Shown here: positions 62,430 to 64,000 of the stretch, in pieces
Layout of the letters: the number at the start of each line of letters is the position of its first letter
Position numbering within the stretch: the first letter of the stretch is position 1
DNA from: Mobula hypostoma
Lineage: Eukaryota
Direction of reading: 5' to 3'
DNA length: 64,000 bases
Assembly: GCF_963921235.1 (NCBI RefSeq)
Contig: NC_086097.1
Coordinates: forward strand, 9,920,001-9,984,000
Position numbers and translations under genes: made by a program
The notes under the pieces: generated by a model
The model's input: the letters and a program-made list of their open reading frames with translations, nothing else
Told to the model about the DNA's origin: nothing
The model's database searches: none

Positions 62430-64000
62430 ATTTGTGGCAATGAGAGTGGTAATGGCTGTCGCCCATTTCTTACTGTTGGTAGTTAGCTGCTGGACCACGA
62501 CTAGGAGAACAGTAATTGCTGCCTCCTGGTGAGTTGGCGAACTGTCGCTGCAAGGATTGGTACTGCAAGGGAAGATCAAAGGTAGTAATCTCAGGATTAC
62601 TGCCTGTGCCACGCGACAGTGAGTATAGGATAGAGGGAGGTGGAGGATAGATGCCTGGCTGAGGGATTGGAGCAGGGGACAGGGATTCAGATTTCTGGAT
62701 CATTGGGACCTCTTTTGGGGTAGACGTGACCTGTACAAAAAGGACAGATTTCACTTGAATCTAAGGGGGACCAATACCCTGGCAGGGAGGTTGCTAAAGT
62801 TATTGGGGAGAGTTTAAATTAAAATTGCTGGAGGGGTGGGAACCGAACTGAAGAGGTAGAGGAAGGGCCAGTTGGCTCACAGATAGAGAAAGCTTAGAGA
62901 CAGTATGAAGGGGAGGATAGGCAGGTGATAGAGAAGGGATGCGCTCAGACCGATGGTTTGAAATGTGTCTATTTTAATACAGGAAGCATCAAGAACAAAG
63001 CAGATGAGCTTAGAGCATGGATCAGCACTTGGAGCTATAATGTTGTGGCCATTACAGAAACTTGTATGGCTCAGTGGCAGGAATGGTGACTTAGAGTGCC
63101 AGGCTTTAAATGTTTCAGAAAGGACAGGGAGGGAGGCAAAAGAGATGGGGGAGTGGCACTGTTGATCAGAGATAGTGTAACAGCTGCAGAAAAGGAGGAA
63201 GTCATGGAGGGGTTGTCTATGGAGTCTCTGTGGGTGGAAGTTAGAAACAGGAAGGGGTCAATAACTTTAATGGGCATTTTGTATAGAGCACCCAATAGTA
63301 ACAGGGACATCAAGAAGCAAATAGGGAGACAGGTTCTGGAAAGGTGTGAATAATAACAGGGTTGTCAAGGTGGGGGATTTTAATTTCCCCAATATTGATT
63401 GGCATCTCCCTAGAGCAAGGGATTTAGATGAGGTGGAGTTTGTTAAGTGTGTTTAGGAAGGGTTCCTGACACAATATGTAGATAAGCCGACAAGCAGAAT
63501 GGCTGTACTTGATCTGGTATTGGGAAATGAACCTGGTCAGGTGTCAGATCTCTCAGTGGGAGAGCATTTTGGAAATAGTGATCTCAATTCTATTTCCTTT
63601 ACCATAGCATTGGAGAGGGATAGGAACAGACAAGTTAGCAAAGCGTTTAATTGGAGTAAGGAGAAATATGAAGCTATCAGGCAGGAATCCTGGAAGCATA
63701 AATTGGAAACAGATGTTCTCAGGGAAATGTATGGCATTCTACATAGGTACGTTCCAATGAGACAGGGAAAGGATGGTAGAGTACAGGAACCATGGTGTAC
63801 AAATACTGTTGAAAATCTAGTCAAGAAGGGAAAAAAAAGCTTACGAAAGGTTCAAAAAACTAGATAATGATAGAGATATGGAAGATTATAAGGCTAGCAG
63901 GAAGGAGCTTAAGAATGAAATTAGGAGAATCAGAAGGGGCCATGAGAAGGCCTTGGTGAACAAGATTAAAGAAAACCCCAAGGCATTCTACAAGTATGTG
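62430..64000 (+). mobile_element. CR1 LINE: ORF1 3' part and ORF2 endonuclease, decayed, runs off the window
   Basis: VVISGLLPV, FLDHW; PGFKCFRKDR..GGVALL..YRAPNS; LDLVLGNEP..GNSD. Confidence 0.9.

Noticed and set aside
1..64000. Prokaryotic-type systems (operons, CRISPR arrays, defence islands)
   Set aside because: The sequence is vertebrate repeat-rich DNA; there is no regularly spaced repeat-spacer array and no gene-dense region

Overview
This is eukaryotic, repeat-dominated vertebrate DNA, most likely intronic or intergenic sequence from a cartilaginous fish (shark or ray). The taxon is inferred from HE1/V-SINE-like and Deu-domain SINEs and abundant CR1 LINEs. I recognised no host protein-coding gene; there are only a few weak candidate micro-exons. 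Nearly all long ORFs are transposon-derived: CR1 LINE fragments (one uninterrupted 518-aa RT, one ~2.7 kb frameshifted ORF2), Rex1/Babar LINEs, a BovB-like RTE fragment, an R4/Dong-type restriction-like-endonuclease fragment, Neptune-type Penelope-like elements (PLEs) with GIY-YIG, Tc1-derived elements, a decayed Ty3/Gypsy retrotransposon, four copies of an ~0.8 kb solo-LTR-like family and several SINE families, often nested. The most notable signal is RNA-level. The PLE 3' ends and their short derivatives carry a minimal type I hammerhead ribozyme motif (about 15 copies; catalytic core fully intact at 17066-17103). It occurs in tandem and in inverted twin hairpin arrangements. All family assignments come from motif recognition by eye, and boundaries are approximate.
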